Part shown: positions 52,911-62,063 of the stretch, piece after piece
Position numbering within the stretch: the stretch's first letter is position 1
How the letters are laid out: each line of letters starts with the position of its first letter
NCBI GenBank assembly: GCA_963844865.1
Contig: CAWJPY010000001.1
Coordinates: 81,415 to 145,414, forward strand
Direction of reading: 5' to 3'
DNA length: 64,000 bases
Origin: an uncultured Holophagae bacterium
Lineage (GTDB): Bacteria; Acidobacteriota; Thermoanaerobaculia; Thermoanaerobaculales; Sulfomarinibacteraceae
Made by a program: the position numbers and the translations under genes
The notes under the pieces: generated by a model
What the model saw: the letters and a program-made list of their open reading frames with translations, nothing else
Databases searched by the model: none
What the model was told of the DNA's origin: nothing

Positions 52911-53796
52911 CCTCATCACTGGCGGCGAGCTCGGCGAGCGCCTCCTGGGCCCACGGCTGCGACCAGCCTTCCAGGGCGGACAGCACCTCATCCTGGCGCA
53001 GGGGATGGCGCCGAATGATCCCGACCAAGTGATCGGCGGACTCGGCGACCAACCTGAGGGCTCGCCCCCCGGCACCGGCCACGACCACCGGTGAAACTCC
53101 ACCCAGGATCGACACAGCTCGGTCGAGCTGCGAGCGCTCCGGGGGCCACACCCACGCCTCCGCGGGCGGCCGCGTGGGAACGTTGATCTGGACCTCGTCG
53201 GGCTGGATGCGACGCAACGCTTCGGCCAGGTCCGTGAGCGCTTCCTCGCTGTCATTGAGCCCGCGCACGAGCATGACCTCCAGCCACAGCCGTCCCTCGT
53301 ACTGCCGGCGGAAGGCGGACAGCCCGCCGATGATCTGCTCGACACGGAGCGAGCGGTGGGGGCGGTTGATGGTGTCGAAGAGCGGGTCGCTGGCGGCGTC
53401 CAGGCTCGGCAGGACGGCGTCCGCCCCCGCCAACTCTCGATGCATCTCCCCCCGGTGCAGGAGGGAGCCGTTGGTGATGACCGCGATCGGCAGGTCGCTG
53501 ATCGTCCGCAGCCTCCGGATCATCCAGCCCAGGCGAGAGTGGAGGGTGGTCTCCCCCGAGCCCACGAACGTGAGCCAATCCACGGATCCCGGCCGAAGGC
53601 GCGCGAGCGTCTCCTCGACCTCGGACACGATTTCTTCTGCGGGGACGTACTCCTTGCGGCCCACGACCAGAGGATGAGTCCGGCCCAGCTGGCAGTACAC
53701 GCAGCTGAGGTCGCAGGTTTTCAGAGGAAGGGGGTCGATCCCGAGAGAGCGACCCAGCCGCCGTGAGGGTACCGGTCCGAAGACATACTTCACCAC
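52702..53796 (-). CDS. radical SAM protein (COG0731-like)
   Basis: FGPVPSRRLGRSLGIDP...CDLSCVYCQLG CxxxCxxC motif and the GSGETTL SAM-binding motif. The last ~55 codons are Arg-rich and low in GC3. Confidence 0.8.
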   Translation of the reverse strand: MVKYVFGPVPSRRLGRSLGIDPLPLKTCDLSCVYCQLGRTHPLVVGRKEYVPAEEIVSEVEETLARLRPGSVDWLTFVGSGETTLHSRLGWMIRRLRTISDLPIAVITNGSLLHRGEMHRELAGADAVLPSLDAASDPLFDTINRPHRSLRVEQIIGGLSAFRRQYEGRLWLEVMLVRGLNDSEEALTDLAEALRRIQPDEVQINVPTRPPAEAWVWPPERSQLDRAVSILGGVSPVVVAGAGGRALRLVAESADHLVGIIRRHPLRQDEVLSALEGWSQPWAQEALAELAASDEVTTVDRLGTRFWCSADARFPRGGRPPAAEHPKLDAHRGRRRTMSRGRRWRGGGRSSRRRSRARGTAGPS

Positions 53797-54251
53797 GCCT
53801 CCTTCGTCAGCGCGGGCTTGAGATCCAGGACCGGCGTCCCGTCGAAGGCGTCCATTCCCCGCACCCGCACCACGTTGCCGGCGACCTCGACGATGTCGAC
53901 CACCGTGACCCCGATCGGGTTCGGGCGGCGTGGGCTGCGGAGCGAGAACACGCCGCGCTTGGGACGACCGGCGTCGCCTCGCGGGTGCTGGAGCAGCTCG
54001 AACGTCCCGGCACGATGGAACGCGAAGACCACCATCATCCGCTGGCCTGACTCGAGCCCTGCCAAACCCTCCGCCAGGGACGGATCGAGGACGATGCGAG
54101 CCTCCCCTCGCTCGTTGTGCGGCCCGGCAGGCCCCGGCGACGATTCGCGCTCCACGCGGCCGATGGGGCGCATCGCGGGAAGCGCGGGCGTACGGTCGAT
54201 CTCCTCGAGCTCGAGCAGGTCTTCGTCCGTCCAGTAGAACGATGCAGCCAC
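53790..54251 (-). CDS. TrmO/TsaA (YaeB, UPF0066)-family SAM-dependent methyltransferase-like protein
   Basis: MRPIGRVE..., RSPRRPNPIGVTVVDIVEV and GMDAFDGTPVLDLKP motifs. GTG 54251 after GGGGAGGAGAGG; an alternative ATG is at 54173. Confidence 0.78.
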   Translation of the reverse strand: MAASFYWTDEDLLELEEIDRTPALPAMRPIGRVERESSPGPAGPHNERGEARIVLDPSLAEGLAGLESGQRMMVVFAFHRAGTFELLQHPRGDAGRPKRGVFSLRSPRRPNPIGVTVVDIVEVAGNVVRVRGMDAFDGTPVLDLKPALTKEAW

Positions 54252-54299
54252 CTTGTCACCTCTCCTCCCCAGCCCATCATGGACACCACGCGGTCCGGC

Positions 54300-54749
54300 T
54301 CACGTGATTGGCGTCTTGGGCTGACCCGGCTCGTCGTGTCCACCCGCCTCAGGAGGCTCCTTATCATGAGCGCCGCGGTCGCCTCCTGCCTCTCCGGCCG
54401 CAGCCTCCTGCCGCCTTGGGCGCCGAGTGGAGGCGGGCGTGAGGAACCGTTCCTCCGCCAGCGTCCCGTTCACATAGGCTTGCACGACCTCATCCACGGG
54501 CCCGCAGACCTCGCGCACGACCTCGATCCCGACGGCCCGCAGCGCGGTCTCCAGGGTGCGGGACAAGGCCGAGCAGAGAACCACGTCCACGGCGAGGATG
54601 GACAAGGTGGCGGGCCGAGCTCTGCTGCCCAGCCGGTGCTCCGAACGTCCGGTGACAGCCCCGTTCTCCACGGTAAAGATGTCCACCCGACTCGCCACGT
54701 CGAACACCGGCGAGACCCGATCCTTCCAGACGGGGACGGCGAGTCTCAT
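54300..54749 (-). CDS. NifX/NafY-like cofactor-binding-fold protein with a long acidic/Pro-rich tail
   Basis: MRLAVPVWKDRVSPVFDVA...VVLCSALSRTLETALRAVGIEVV is the pattern of the NifX-like subfamily often found next to sigma-54 activators. Confidence 0.65.
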   Translation of the reverse strand: MRLAVPVWKDRVSPVFDVASRVDIFTVENGAVTGRSEHRLGSRARPATLSILAVDVVLCSALSRTLETALRAVGIEVVREVCGPVDEVVQAYVNGTLAEERFLTPASTRRPRRQEAAAGEAGGDRGAHDKEPPEAGGHDEPGQPKTPIT

Positions 54750-54762
54750 CTCGATCATCACC

Positions 54763-54778
54763 AGCAATGTTCCTGCCA
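54763..54778 (-). promoter_or_regulatory. putative sigma-54 promoter of the NifX-like/TrmO/rSAM operon
   Basis: The minus strand reads TGGCAG-GAACA-TTGCT (GG/GC spacing as in the consensus), located between the sigma-54 activator stop and the NifX-like ATG. The predicted TSS is 3-4 nt before ATG 54749, so the transcript would be near-leaderless. Confidence 0.45.
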
Positions 54779-54894
54779 GGTTCGACGGCCGGTAGGGAGG
54801 AAGAGAGCTGCGATCCGCATGACAAGCCGGCGCCGACGGCTCTCGTACTGCAGCTTTCTGCCGGCGGTCGCCGCGCCGGCCGCGCTTCCTTCCG

Positions 54895-56268
54895 CTAATG
54901 CCCCCGCTTGGAGCGGGTGCTGCGGCCGTCGCTCGCCGGCGGTGTGACCCCGAGTGCTTTCATCTTGCGAGCCAGCGTCGTGGGGTGGATCCCCAGCTCC
55001 TTTGCCACCGCCTTGCGGTTGCCCTCGTGGCGCCTGAGGGCGTCGCTGATGTGAAACGCCACCAGGGAGTCCAGGGACGCTCCCGGCCTCAGGTCGGGTG
55101 GTGACGCATACGCACTCTCGAGCAGCTCCCTGGGCATGTGCTGACTCTCGACGAGTCCGCCCTGGCACAGGACGAAGGCGTGTTCGATGATGTTCTCGAG
55201 CTCCCGCGCGTTGCCGGGAAAATCATATCCCATGAGCATGCTCAGGACATCGTCCGAGACTCCGACGATGTCCTTGTTCTGAATGCGGTTGAAGCGAGCG
55301 ATGAAGTGCTCGATCAGGAGCGGGATGTCCTCCCTACGGTCGCGCAGAGTCGGGAGATCCAGTCGAAACACGTTGATCCGGTAGTAGAGGTCCTCACGGA
55401 ACTTGCCCTCGCGCACCAACTTCTCGAGGTCCTGGTGGGTGGCGGTGATCACCCGGACGTCCGCCTGTACCGGCTCCACTGACCCGAGGGGTTCGTACAC
55501 GCGCTCCTGGAGCACCCGCAGCAAGCGCACCTGCATCGCCGGTGAAATGTCCCCGATCTCGTCGAGAAGGATGGTGCCGCCCTCGGCGAGGGCGAAACGT
55601 CCCGGCTTGTCCTTGCGAGCGTCGGTGAAAGCTCCCGCTCTGTACCCGAACAGCTCCGATTCGAGCAGGGTGTCGGGCAGGGCACCACAGTTTATCGCCA
55701 CGAAGCGCTTGCCTCTGCGCGACGACAGATCGTGAATGGCTCGTGCGAAGAGCTCCTTGCCGGTGCCGCTCTCGCCGTGGATCACGATCGTGCTGTCGCT
55801 GTCCGCGATGATCGGGAGCAGGTCGAAGAGCGATCGCATCGCCGCACTCCGCCCGATGATGTCCGCGAACCGGTAGCGACCCTCGAGCTCACGCCGCAGC
55901 TCCTCGACCTGGGTGAGATCGCGGAACGTCTCCACGCCTCCCACGATGTTCCCGGCGTCGTCTCTCAGGATGGCGGTCGATATGCTGACCGGAACCTCCC
56001 GTCCTTCGGCGTCGATGATGTAGATGGCCTTGTTGACCACGGGGCGTTTGGATGCGAGCGTCTGTCTCAGGGCGCACTCGGTCTCGCAGATGCTGGCCCT
56101 GAACACGTCGCAGCACTCTCGTCCCATCGCCTCCTGCTGAGAGATGCCGGTGATCCTGGAGGCCGAGGCGTTGAACGACGTGATCCGCCACTCCGTATCG
56201 ACGGTGAAGACACCGTCGGTGACGCTGTCCAGGATCGTCTGCGCGGCCTCCGGATTCGGATGATGCAC
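54895..56268 (-). CDS. sigma-54-dependent transcriptional activator (Cys-rich PAS, AAA+, Fis HTH)
   Basis: GESGTGKE Walker A, the GAFTDA (GAFTGA-type) sigma-54 contact loop, ESELFGY and the C-terminal HTH AKELGIHPTTLARKMK. GTG 56268 after GAGGTGG; the ORF-track start 56283 is also GTG. Confidence 0.9.
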   Translation of the reverse strand: MHHPNPEAAQTILDSVTDGVFTVDTEWRITSFNASASRITGISQQEAMGRECCDVFRASICETECALRQTLASKRPVVNKAIYIIDAEGREVPVSISTAILRDDAGNIVGGVETFRDLTQVEELRRELEGRYRFADIIGRSAAMRSLFDLLPIIADSDSTIVIHGESGTGKELFARAIHDLSSRRGKRFVAINCGALPDTLLESELFGYRAGAFTDARKDKPGRFALAEGGTILLDEIGDISPAMQVRLLRVLQERVYEPLGSVEPVQADVRVITATHQDLEKLVREGKFREDLYYRINVFRLDLPTLRDRREDIPLLIEHFIARFNRIQNKDIVGVSDDVLSMLMGYDFPGNARELENIIEHAFVLCQGGLVESQHMPRELLESAYASPPDLRPGASLDSLVAFHISDALRRHEGNRKAVAKELGIHPTTLARKMKALGVTPPASDGRSTRSKRGH

Positions 56269-56474
56269 GATAGCCCACCTCACGCGTGCGCACTGCGACC
56301 GTTGATCTCTCCTTGCGATCGGCCCCGGCGCGGTCGCAGCCTCGTCTACGCTCTATGATCAGATCTCGGCCGATCGATGTCAAAGGCGGCACACGACGAC
56401 CGTCCGGCCTCGGGTAGCTGCAGTGTTGAAGGACCCGTTTGGCGAGCCGGCGTCCTTTCCTCATAATGCGGCCG

Positions 56475-57698
56475 ATGTCTGAGGATCAGGCTGCGGGCAG
56501 CCGCGAGGCAGGCTCGCCGGGGTGGGCCGGTCTACCGCGGGGCGTGTGGGCACTGGGTCTGGTGAGCCTGCTCATGGACACCTCGTCGGAGGCGATCCAC
56601 AGCCTCCTGCCTGTGTTCCTGGTGTCGACGCTGGGGGCGAGCGCGCTCTCCGTGGGACTGGTGGAGGGCGTTGCCGAGGCCACCGCCCTCATCACCCGCA
56701 CCTTCTCGGGCGCGCTGTCGGACCGGCTGGGCAAGCGCAAAGCGCTGGCGGTGGCAGGCTACGGCCTGGCCGCGGCCAGCAAGCCCCTGTTCGCCATCGC
56801 CGGCAGCGTCGGCGCCGTGCTCGGTGCGCGCTTCGTGGACCGCATCGGCAAGGGAGTGCGGGGAGCGCCCCGCGACGCCCTGGTGGCGGACATCACACCC
56901 GATCACATGCGGGGCGCGGCCTTCGGCCTGCGCCAATCCATGGACACGGTGGGCGCCGTGCTCGGACCAGGTCTGGCCATGGCGCTCATGGCCACCTTCG
57001 CATCGAGCTTCCGGACCGTGTTCTGGCTGGCCACGATCCCGGCCGCAACCTCCGTCATCGTCCTGGTGGCGGGCGTGGAGGAACCTGCGCACGAGCTCCA
57101 GCCCGCTCCCCGGTTCCCCCTCCGCCGGCGGGAGCTCACGAGCCTGCCCCGCGCCTACTGGCTGGTGGCGGGTGTGGCGGCGGTGTTCACCCTCGCTCGT
57201 TTCAGCGAGGCGTTCATCCTCCTCCAGGCGGACGAGGTCGGTCTCAGCCAGCGCCTGATCCCGCTCATGCTCCTGGTCCTCAACGTGGCCTACGCGGCCA
57301 CCGCCTACCCGGTGGGACGGCTCTCCGACCGGGTCGGTCGTTGGCAGCTGCTGGCCGCGGGCCTGGTGGCGCTCATCGTCGCCGACCTGGTCCTCGCCCT
57401 CGCCGGCCGCCCGCTGGTGGTGGCCGTCGGAGCGGCCCTCTGGGGCCTGCACATGGGCCTCACCCAGGGCCTGTTGGCGGCGCTGGTGGCCGACACCGCG
57501 GGGGCACGGCTGCGCGGCACAGCCTACGGAGTGTTCAGCCTCCTGGGCGGCGTGGCCATGCTCATCGCCAGCGTGGTCGCCGGGGAGCTGTGGCAGACCT
57601 TCGGTCCGGGGGCCACCTTTCTGACCGGCGCCGCCATCACCTCCCTCGCATTGGTGGGGTTCATGTGGCTGCGCGCTCGGGTCGAGCCGACAGGCTGA
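56475..57698 (+). CDS. MFS transporter
   Basis: 12 predicted TM helices and a D-R-x-G-K/R-R-like loop (SDRLGKRKAL). The start is uncertain (56439 TTG, 56466 or 56475 ATG). Confidence 0.75.
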   Translation: MSEDQAAGSREAGSPGWAGLPRGVWALGLVSLLMDTSSEAIHSLLPVFLVSTLGASALSVGLVEGVAEATALITRTFSGALSDRLGKRKALAVAGYGLAAASKPLFAIAGSVGAVLGARFVDRIGKGVRGAPRDALVADITPDHMRGAAFGLRQSMDTVGAVLGPGLAMALMATFASSFRTVFWLATIPAATSVIVLVAGVEEPAHELQPAPRFPLRRRELTSLPRAYWLVAGVAAVFTLARFSEAFILLQADEVGLSQRLIPLMLLVLNVAYAATAYPVGRLSDRVGRWQLLAAGLVALIVADLVLALAGRPLVVAVGAALWGLHMGLTQGLLAALVADTAGARLRGTAYGVFSLLGGVAMLIASVVAGELWQTFGPGATFLTGAAITSLALVGFMWLRARVEPTG

Positions 57699-57791
57699 GG
57701 GTTCGCCGATTATGAGAACGGCCCCGCCTGTGCGGGACCGCTCCCGTGGTTCGCGGAACGGCCCATGCCGCCCCGCGTGCGACGACCGGCG

Positions 57792-58304
57792 TCACCAACC
57801 CTTGGCGCTCTTGTTGTGGTTCGACTGCGACGAGCCCCAGGACCCTTGCCCGGCCTCGTTCGCCGTTACGTGCCGCATGTTGGTCATCTGCCCCTCCGGT
57901 GGTGCCTGCACCAGCTGCCAGCCGCTGTCGCTGCCGGCGAACCAGATCTGCGCCAGGTGCTCTCTGTTGCCCTGCTGGCCGAACACGAGCATGTCCTTCT
58001 TGGGGGCCTTGGCGGTGGTCACGGCGGTGACGTTGAAGGTGTCGAGGACCTGGCCCGTGGCGTCCTTGATCTGCCACTGGGTCGTGTCCGCCGGCGTCAC
58101 CGGGTCGAGCTCGTACTTGCCCGCGTGCATGCCGTTGTCCCCGATCTCGAAGCTGAACGGGACCTTGGCCTGCAACTGCCTGACCACAGGGGTCTGGGTA
58201 TACGCCTGGTTGGTCGCGCTGGTGTTGGCTGAGGCGACTCCCCCCACACCGAGCATGGCGAGCGCGCCGACCAGGACCAACGTCTTCTGGTATAGCTGAT
58301 TCAT
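57792..58304 (-). CDS. secreted hypothetical protein
   Basis: Signal peptide MNQLYQKTLVLVGALAMLGVGGVASA. AAAGGAGAG lies before ATG 58304. The upstream part of ORF 57792-58622 is not coding-like. Confidence 0.6.
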   Translation of the reverse strand: MNQLYQKTLVLVGALAMLGVGGVASANTSATNQAYTQTPVVRQLQAKVPFSFEIGDNGMHAGKYELDPVTPADTTQWQIKDATGQVLDTFNVTAVTTAKAPKKDMLVFGQQGNREHLAQIWFAGSDSGWQLVQAPPEGQMTNMRHVTANEAGQGSWGSSQSNHNKSAKGW

Positions 58305-58509
58305 GGTGCTCTCCTTTCGTTCGCTTCCAGGGCGGCGAGGACGTCGGCTGGGCGCCGGCTTCCTCGATTGCCCCTCGCTCAGAATATAAGACGGGGTCTC
58401 TTTCCCAACAACCGCACAATCATGCGGGAGGGCAGGGGGACCGGAGATCGCCTCGCGCCTGTGGCACAATCCTCCCCGGTCCGATCGACCTGACGACGGA
58501 GGGAGCACC

Positions 58510-59292
58510 ATGCATGAGCGGCTCGCGCTGGCACAGGCGGTCGCCAGGGAAGCCGGAGAGATCCTGCGGCGGTCACTGTCCGATCTGGAGGTGGAGACCA
58601 AGGGGGCGACCGAGCTGGTCACCCGCGTCGACTACGCCTCCCAGGAGCTCATCTTCGGCCGCATCCACGAGCGCTACCGGGACGACGCCTTCCTCGGCGA
58701 GGAGGGCGATGGTCAGGCCGGGACCGACGCCCCCCGTCTGTGGGTGGTGGATCCCCTGGACGGCACCAACAACTACGTCCACGGCATCCCCCAGTTCTGC
58801 GTCTCCATCGCCTACGCCGAGGAGGGAGGAGTGCGCGCAGGTGTCGTGTACGACCCCACCCGGGACGAGATGTTCGCCGCCGCCTCGGGGGGCGGGGCGT
58901 TCCTGAACGGCCGGCCCATCCGGGTCAGCGAGCGCGAGCGCCTCGATGACATCATCGTAGCCACCGGTTTCTACTACGACCGGGACGAGCTCATGGAGCG
59001 CACCCTGGAAGCCATGGGCCGCCTCTTCCGCCACAACGTCCACGGCATCCGACGCTTCGGCAGCGCCGCCCTGGACCTGTGCTGGCTGGCCTGCGGCCGC
59101 TTCGACGCCTACTTCGAGTACCGGCTGTCACCCTGGGACTTCGCCGCCGCCAGTCTGGTGGCCCGGGAAGCAGGGGGCCGCCTCAGCGATCGCTCCGGCG
59201 CGCCCCTCACCCTCGCCAGCTCCAGCATGCTGGCCGCCAACCCGCTCGTGTACGACGCCTTCGCCGCGGTGGTCCGACTGCAGAGCCCGTGA
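58510..59292 (+). CDS. inositol monophosphatase family protein (SuhB-like)
   Basis: LGEEG, WVVDPLDGTNNYVHG and WDFAAA motifs. Confidence 0.88.
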   Translation: MHERLALAQAVAREAGEILRRSLSDLEVETKGATELVTRVDYASQELIFGRIHERYRDDAFLGEEGDGQAGTDAPRLWVVDPLDGTNNYVHGIPQFCVSIAYAEEGGVRAGVVYDPTRDEMFAAASGGGAFLNGRPIRVSERERLDDIIVATGFYYDRDELMERTLEAMGRLFRHNVHGIRRFGSAALDLCWLACGRFDAYFEYRLSPWDFAAASLVAREAGGRLSDRSGAPLTLASSSMLAANPLVYDAFAAVVRLQSP

Positions 59293-59302
59293 CGCGGGTG
59301 GC

Positions 59303-59782
59303 CTAACCGCCGCTCGCCGAGCGGCGCGCAACGGCCCACGCCCTCCACAGGACCCGGGAGGCCACGAGGAGACCAGTGCCCACCAGCACATAGAGGAGAC
59401 CGACGATGTGGCGCGCCACCACGCCGGTCCGCAGGAGGCGCCCGGCGGCCATCATGACCGCCACCAACGCCCAGGTCCGGGCCGACAGGAACCCGCCGAT
59501 GCAGCGACCGTCACCGCGGGTGCGGATGCGCTCGGCGATGCGCCGACCCGCTCGGTCCAGCACCAGCCTGGCCTTGACCACGCCTCCCACCGCCGCGGCG
59601 AGCAACAACCACGGGGTGAGGCCGGTCCGCACCTGGTGGGCCCACAGCGCCCCGAAGGCGAGCAGCGCGACGCCCACCGCCGACCACATGAGGGCTGCCG
59701 CCAGCAGGTGCACCCGTGCCGGCGCCCCCGGCTTCATGGTCTCGATCCACGGCCTCGCCATCCGCAACCCCTCCCCTGCCAT
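59303..59782 (-). CDS. hypothetical 4-TM membrane protein
   Basis: Hydrophobic segments with good codon bias. The start is uncertain (59782, 59761 or 59737). Confidence 0.5.
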   Translation of the reverse strand: MAGEGLRMARPWIETMKPGAPARVHLLAAALMWSAVGVALLAFGALWAHQVRTGLTPWLLLAAAVGGVVKARLVLDRAGRRIAERIRTRGDGRCIGGFLSARTWALVAVMMAAGRLLRTGVVARHIVGLLYVLVGTGLLVASRVLWRAWAVARRSASGG

Positions 59783-59890
59783 CCTACGCCCATCACCTTC
59801 GGAGCCTCACGCGGCGCGTTCGCTCGGTGTCGGCCCCCCGGGCTCCGGGCTTGACAGGTCCGCCCCGAGCCGCCACCGTGGCCCACGACG

Positions 59891-60766
59891 ATGAGGGTGA
59901 CCCGCCTCCTGCCGGCCCACGGCTGGTTGGGCGTCGGCCTGGTGGCCGTGTCCTGGCCGTTGAACTGGCTCCTCCCCGGCATGCGCACCAACTGGCTGTT
60001 CTTCCCGCTCTGGCTGGGCTACTGCCTGACCGTGGACGGTCTCGTCCTGGTGCGGCGGGGCAGCTCGTTGTGGTCTCGTCACCGCCTGGCCTACGTGGGT
60101 CTCTTCGTCACGTCGGTGCCGGCCTGGTGGTTGTTCGAGGCCATCAATGAGCGCACCCAGAACTGGGTCTACCTTTCCCATCCCGTGGGCCGGGTGGAGT
60201 ACGCGCTGCTCGCATCGCTCAGCTTCTCGACCGTCATCCCGGCGCTGTTCGGCACCGCCGAGCTCGCGGCGAGCTGGCGTTGGCTGCGGCGCCTGCCGCG
60301 GGGGCCGCGTCTGCCCGGCACGAGGCCGGTCACCATCGCCTTCTTCGCCGGCGGCTGGGTGATGCTGGCCCTCCTCCTGGCCTGGCCGCGCATTTTCTTT
60401 CCCTTCGTCTGGCTGTCCCTGTACTTCATCCTGGAGCCGGTCAACGTGTGGCTCGGCAACCACTCCCTGTTCGACCACACCGCCCGTCGTGACTGGCGGC
60501 CCGTCGTGGCGCTGTGGGTGGCGGGGCTCGTCTGCGGCTTCTTCTGGGAGATGTGGAACTCCCACTCCTACCCCAAGTGGACCTATCACGTGCCGGGAGT
60601 GGGGCACCCGAAGCTGTTCGAGATGCCGCTGCTGGGGTACGGCGGCTATCTCCCGTTCACCATGGAGCTGCACGCCCTCTACCACCTGGTCGGACGCCTG
60701 GCGGGCTGGTCGGGCGCGCAGCGCTACCTCCATCTCGCCGGGGACGGGGCGACGGATCGGGTCTGA
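59891..60766 (+). CDS. hypothetical polytopic membrane protein
   Basis: Trp-rich TM segments (WLFEAINERTQNWVY, FFWEMWNSHSYPKWTY). I do not recognise the family. Confidence 0.55.
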   Translation: MRVTRLLPAHGWLGVGLVAVSWPLNWLLPGMRTNWLFFPLWLGYCLTVDGLVLVRRGSSLWSRHRLAYVGLFVTSVPAWWLFEAINERTQNWVYLSHPVGRVEYALLASLSFSTVIPALFGTAELAASWRWLRRLPRGPRLPGTRPVTIAFFAGGWVMLALLLAWPRIFFPFVWLSLYFILEPVNVWLGNHSLFDHTARRDWRPVVALWVAGLVCGFFWEMWNSHSYPKWTYHVPGVGHPKLFEMPLLGYGGYLPFTMELHALYHLVGRLAGWSGAQRYLHLAGDGATDRV

Positions 60767-60824
60767 ACCCGGCACCCACGCCGGGCTGTGCGCCGGTATA
60801 CTCTGCCCTGCGGGAGAGCACGTC

Positions 60825-61934
60825 ATGGCCGCTTCGCGTACCTTCATCGGGGTCCTCCTCCTCGGCATCGGGTTCGCCGCCGGGGCGACCTTCAGTGCCC
60901 GGGAAGGCACCCACCAGGTCCCGGAGGAGGCCACCCGCCCTCGTTCCGTCACCCCGCGACCGGCGCTCACATCGGAGGAGCGCAGCGTCACGTCGCTGTT
61001 CGAGGAGTCCTCACCGTCGGTGGTCTACGTCACGTCGTTGGCGGTGCGGCGCGACCTCTTCAGCCTCAACGTGATGGAGATCCCACGGGGCACCGGCTCC
61101 GGCTTCGTGTGGGACAACTACGGCCACGTGGTGACCAACTTCCACGTCATCCAGGACGGAGACGCCTTCGAGGTCACGCTCGCGGACCGCAGCTCGTGGC
61201 CGGCCACCCCCATCGGAAGGGCACCGGAGAAGGACCTCGCCGTGCTGCGGGTGGACGCCCCGCCAGAGCTGCTGAAGCCCATCACCGTGGGCAGCTCCTC
61301 GGACCTCAAGGTCGGTCAGACGGTGCTCGCCATCGGCAACCCCTTCGGCTTCGACCAGACCCTCACCACGGGGGTGATCTCGGCCCTCGGTCGCGAGATC
61401 GAGTCCCTGGCCCGGGTCCCCATCTCGGACGTCATCCAGACCGATGCCGCCATCAACCCCGGCAACTCGGGGGGGCCGCTCCTGGACAGCGCGGGACGCC
61501 TCATCGGCGTCAACACCGCCATCTACAGCCCCTCAGGCAGCTATGCCGGCATCGGCTTCGCCATTCCGGTCGACACCGTGAACTGGGTCGTGCCCGACCT
61601 CATCGCCTTCGGCCAGATCCGTCGGCCCAGCCTCGGCGTGCAGCTCGCCTCCGACAGCATCAACCGCCGCCTGGGCGTGAAGGGCGTGCTGGTGCTCGGA
61701 GTGGCGCCCCACAGCGGCGCCGAGGAAGCGGGCATCCGGCCGTCCCGTCGGGACCGCCGCGGCCGGGTCGTCCTCGGCGACATCATCACCGCCATCGATG
61801 CCGAGCCGGTGCGCTCCACCGACGAGCTGCGGCTGCGGCTCGAGAAGCGCCGGCCGGGGGACGTCGTCACGGTGACGGTGTACCGCAACGGCGACACCGA
61901 GGACCTGAAGATCCGCCTCGGCGAGCCCACCTGA
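60825..61934 (+). CDS. HtrA/DegP-family serine protease with one PDZ domain
   Basis: TNFHVI (His), DLAVL (Asp) and GNSGGPL (Ser) catalytic triad motifs, N-terminal TM/signal segment and C-terminal PDZ. Confidence 0.9.
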   Translation: MAASRTFIGVLLLGIGFAAGATFSAREGTHQVPEEATRPRSVTPRPALTSEERSVTSLFEESSPSVVYVTSLAVRRDLFSLNVMEIPRGTGSGFVWDNYGHVVTNFHVIQDGDAFEVTLADRSSWPATPIGRAPEKDLAVLRVDAPPELLKPITVGSSSDLKVGQTVLAIGNPFGFDQTLTTGVISALGREIESLARVPISDVIQTDAAINPGNSGGPLLDSAGRLIGVNTAIYSPSGSYAGIGFAIPVDTVNWVVPDLIAFGQIRRPSLGVQLASDSINRRLGVKGVLVLGVAPHSGAEEAGIRPSRRDRRGRVVLGDIITAIDAEPVRSTDELRLRLEKRRPGDVVTVTVYRNGDTEDLKIRLGEPT

Positions 61935-62063
61935 GCGCGACGGAGGAGACCGGCGGCTGCGACCGGGGGCCGTCGTCGGTGGCCGGGGCAGCGATCAGCG
62001 GCCGCGTTCGGTGTCGCTGGTCGTTGCTCCTGTCGCTGACGCGGTCGCCGTGCCTGCCGATGT

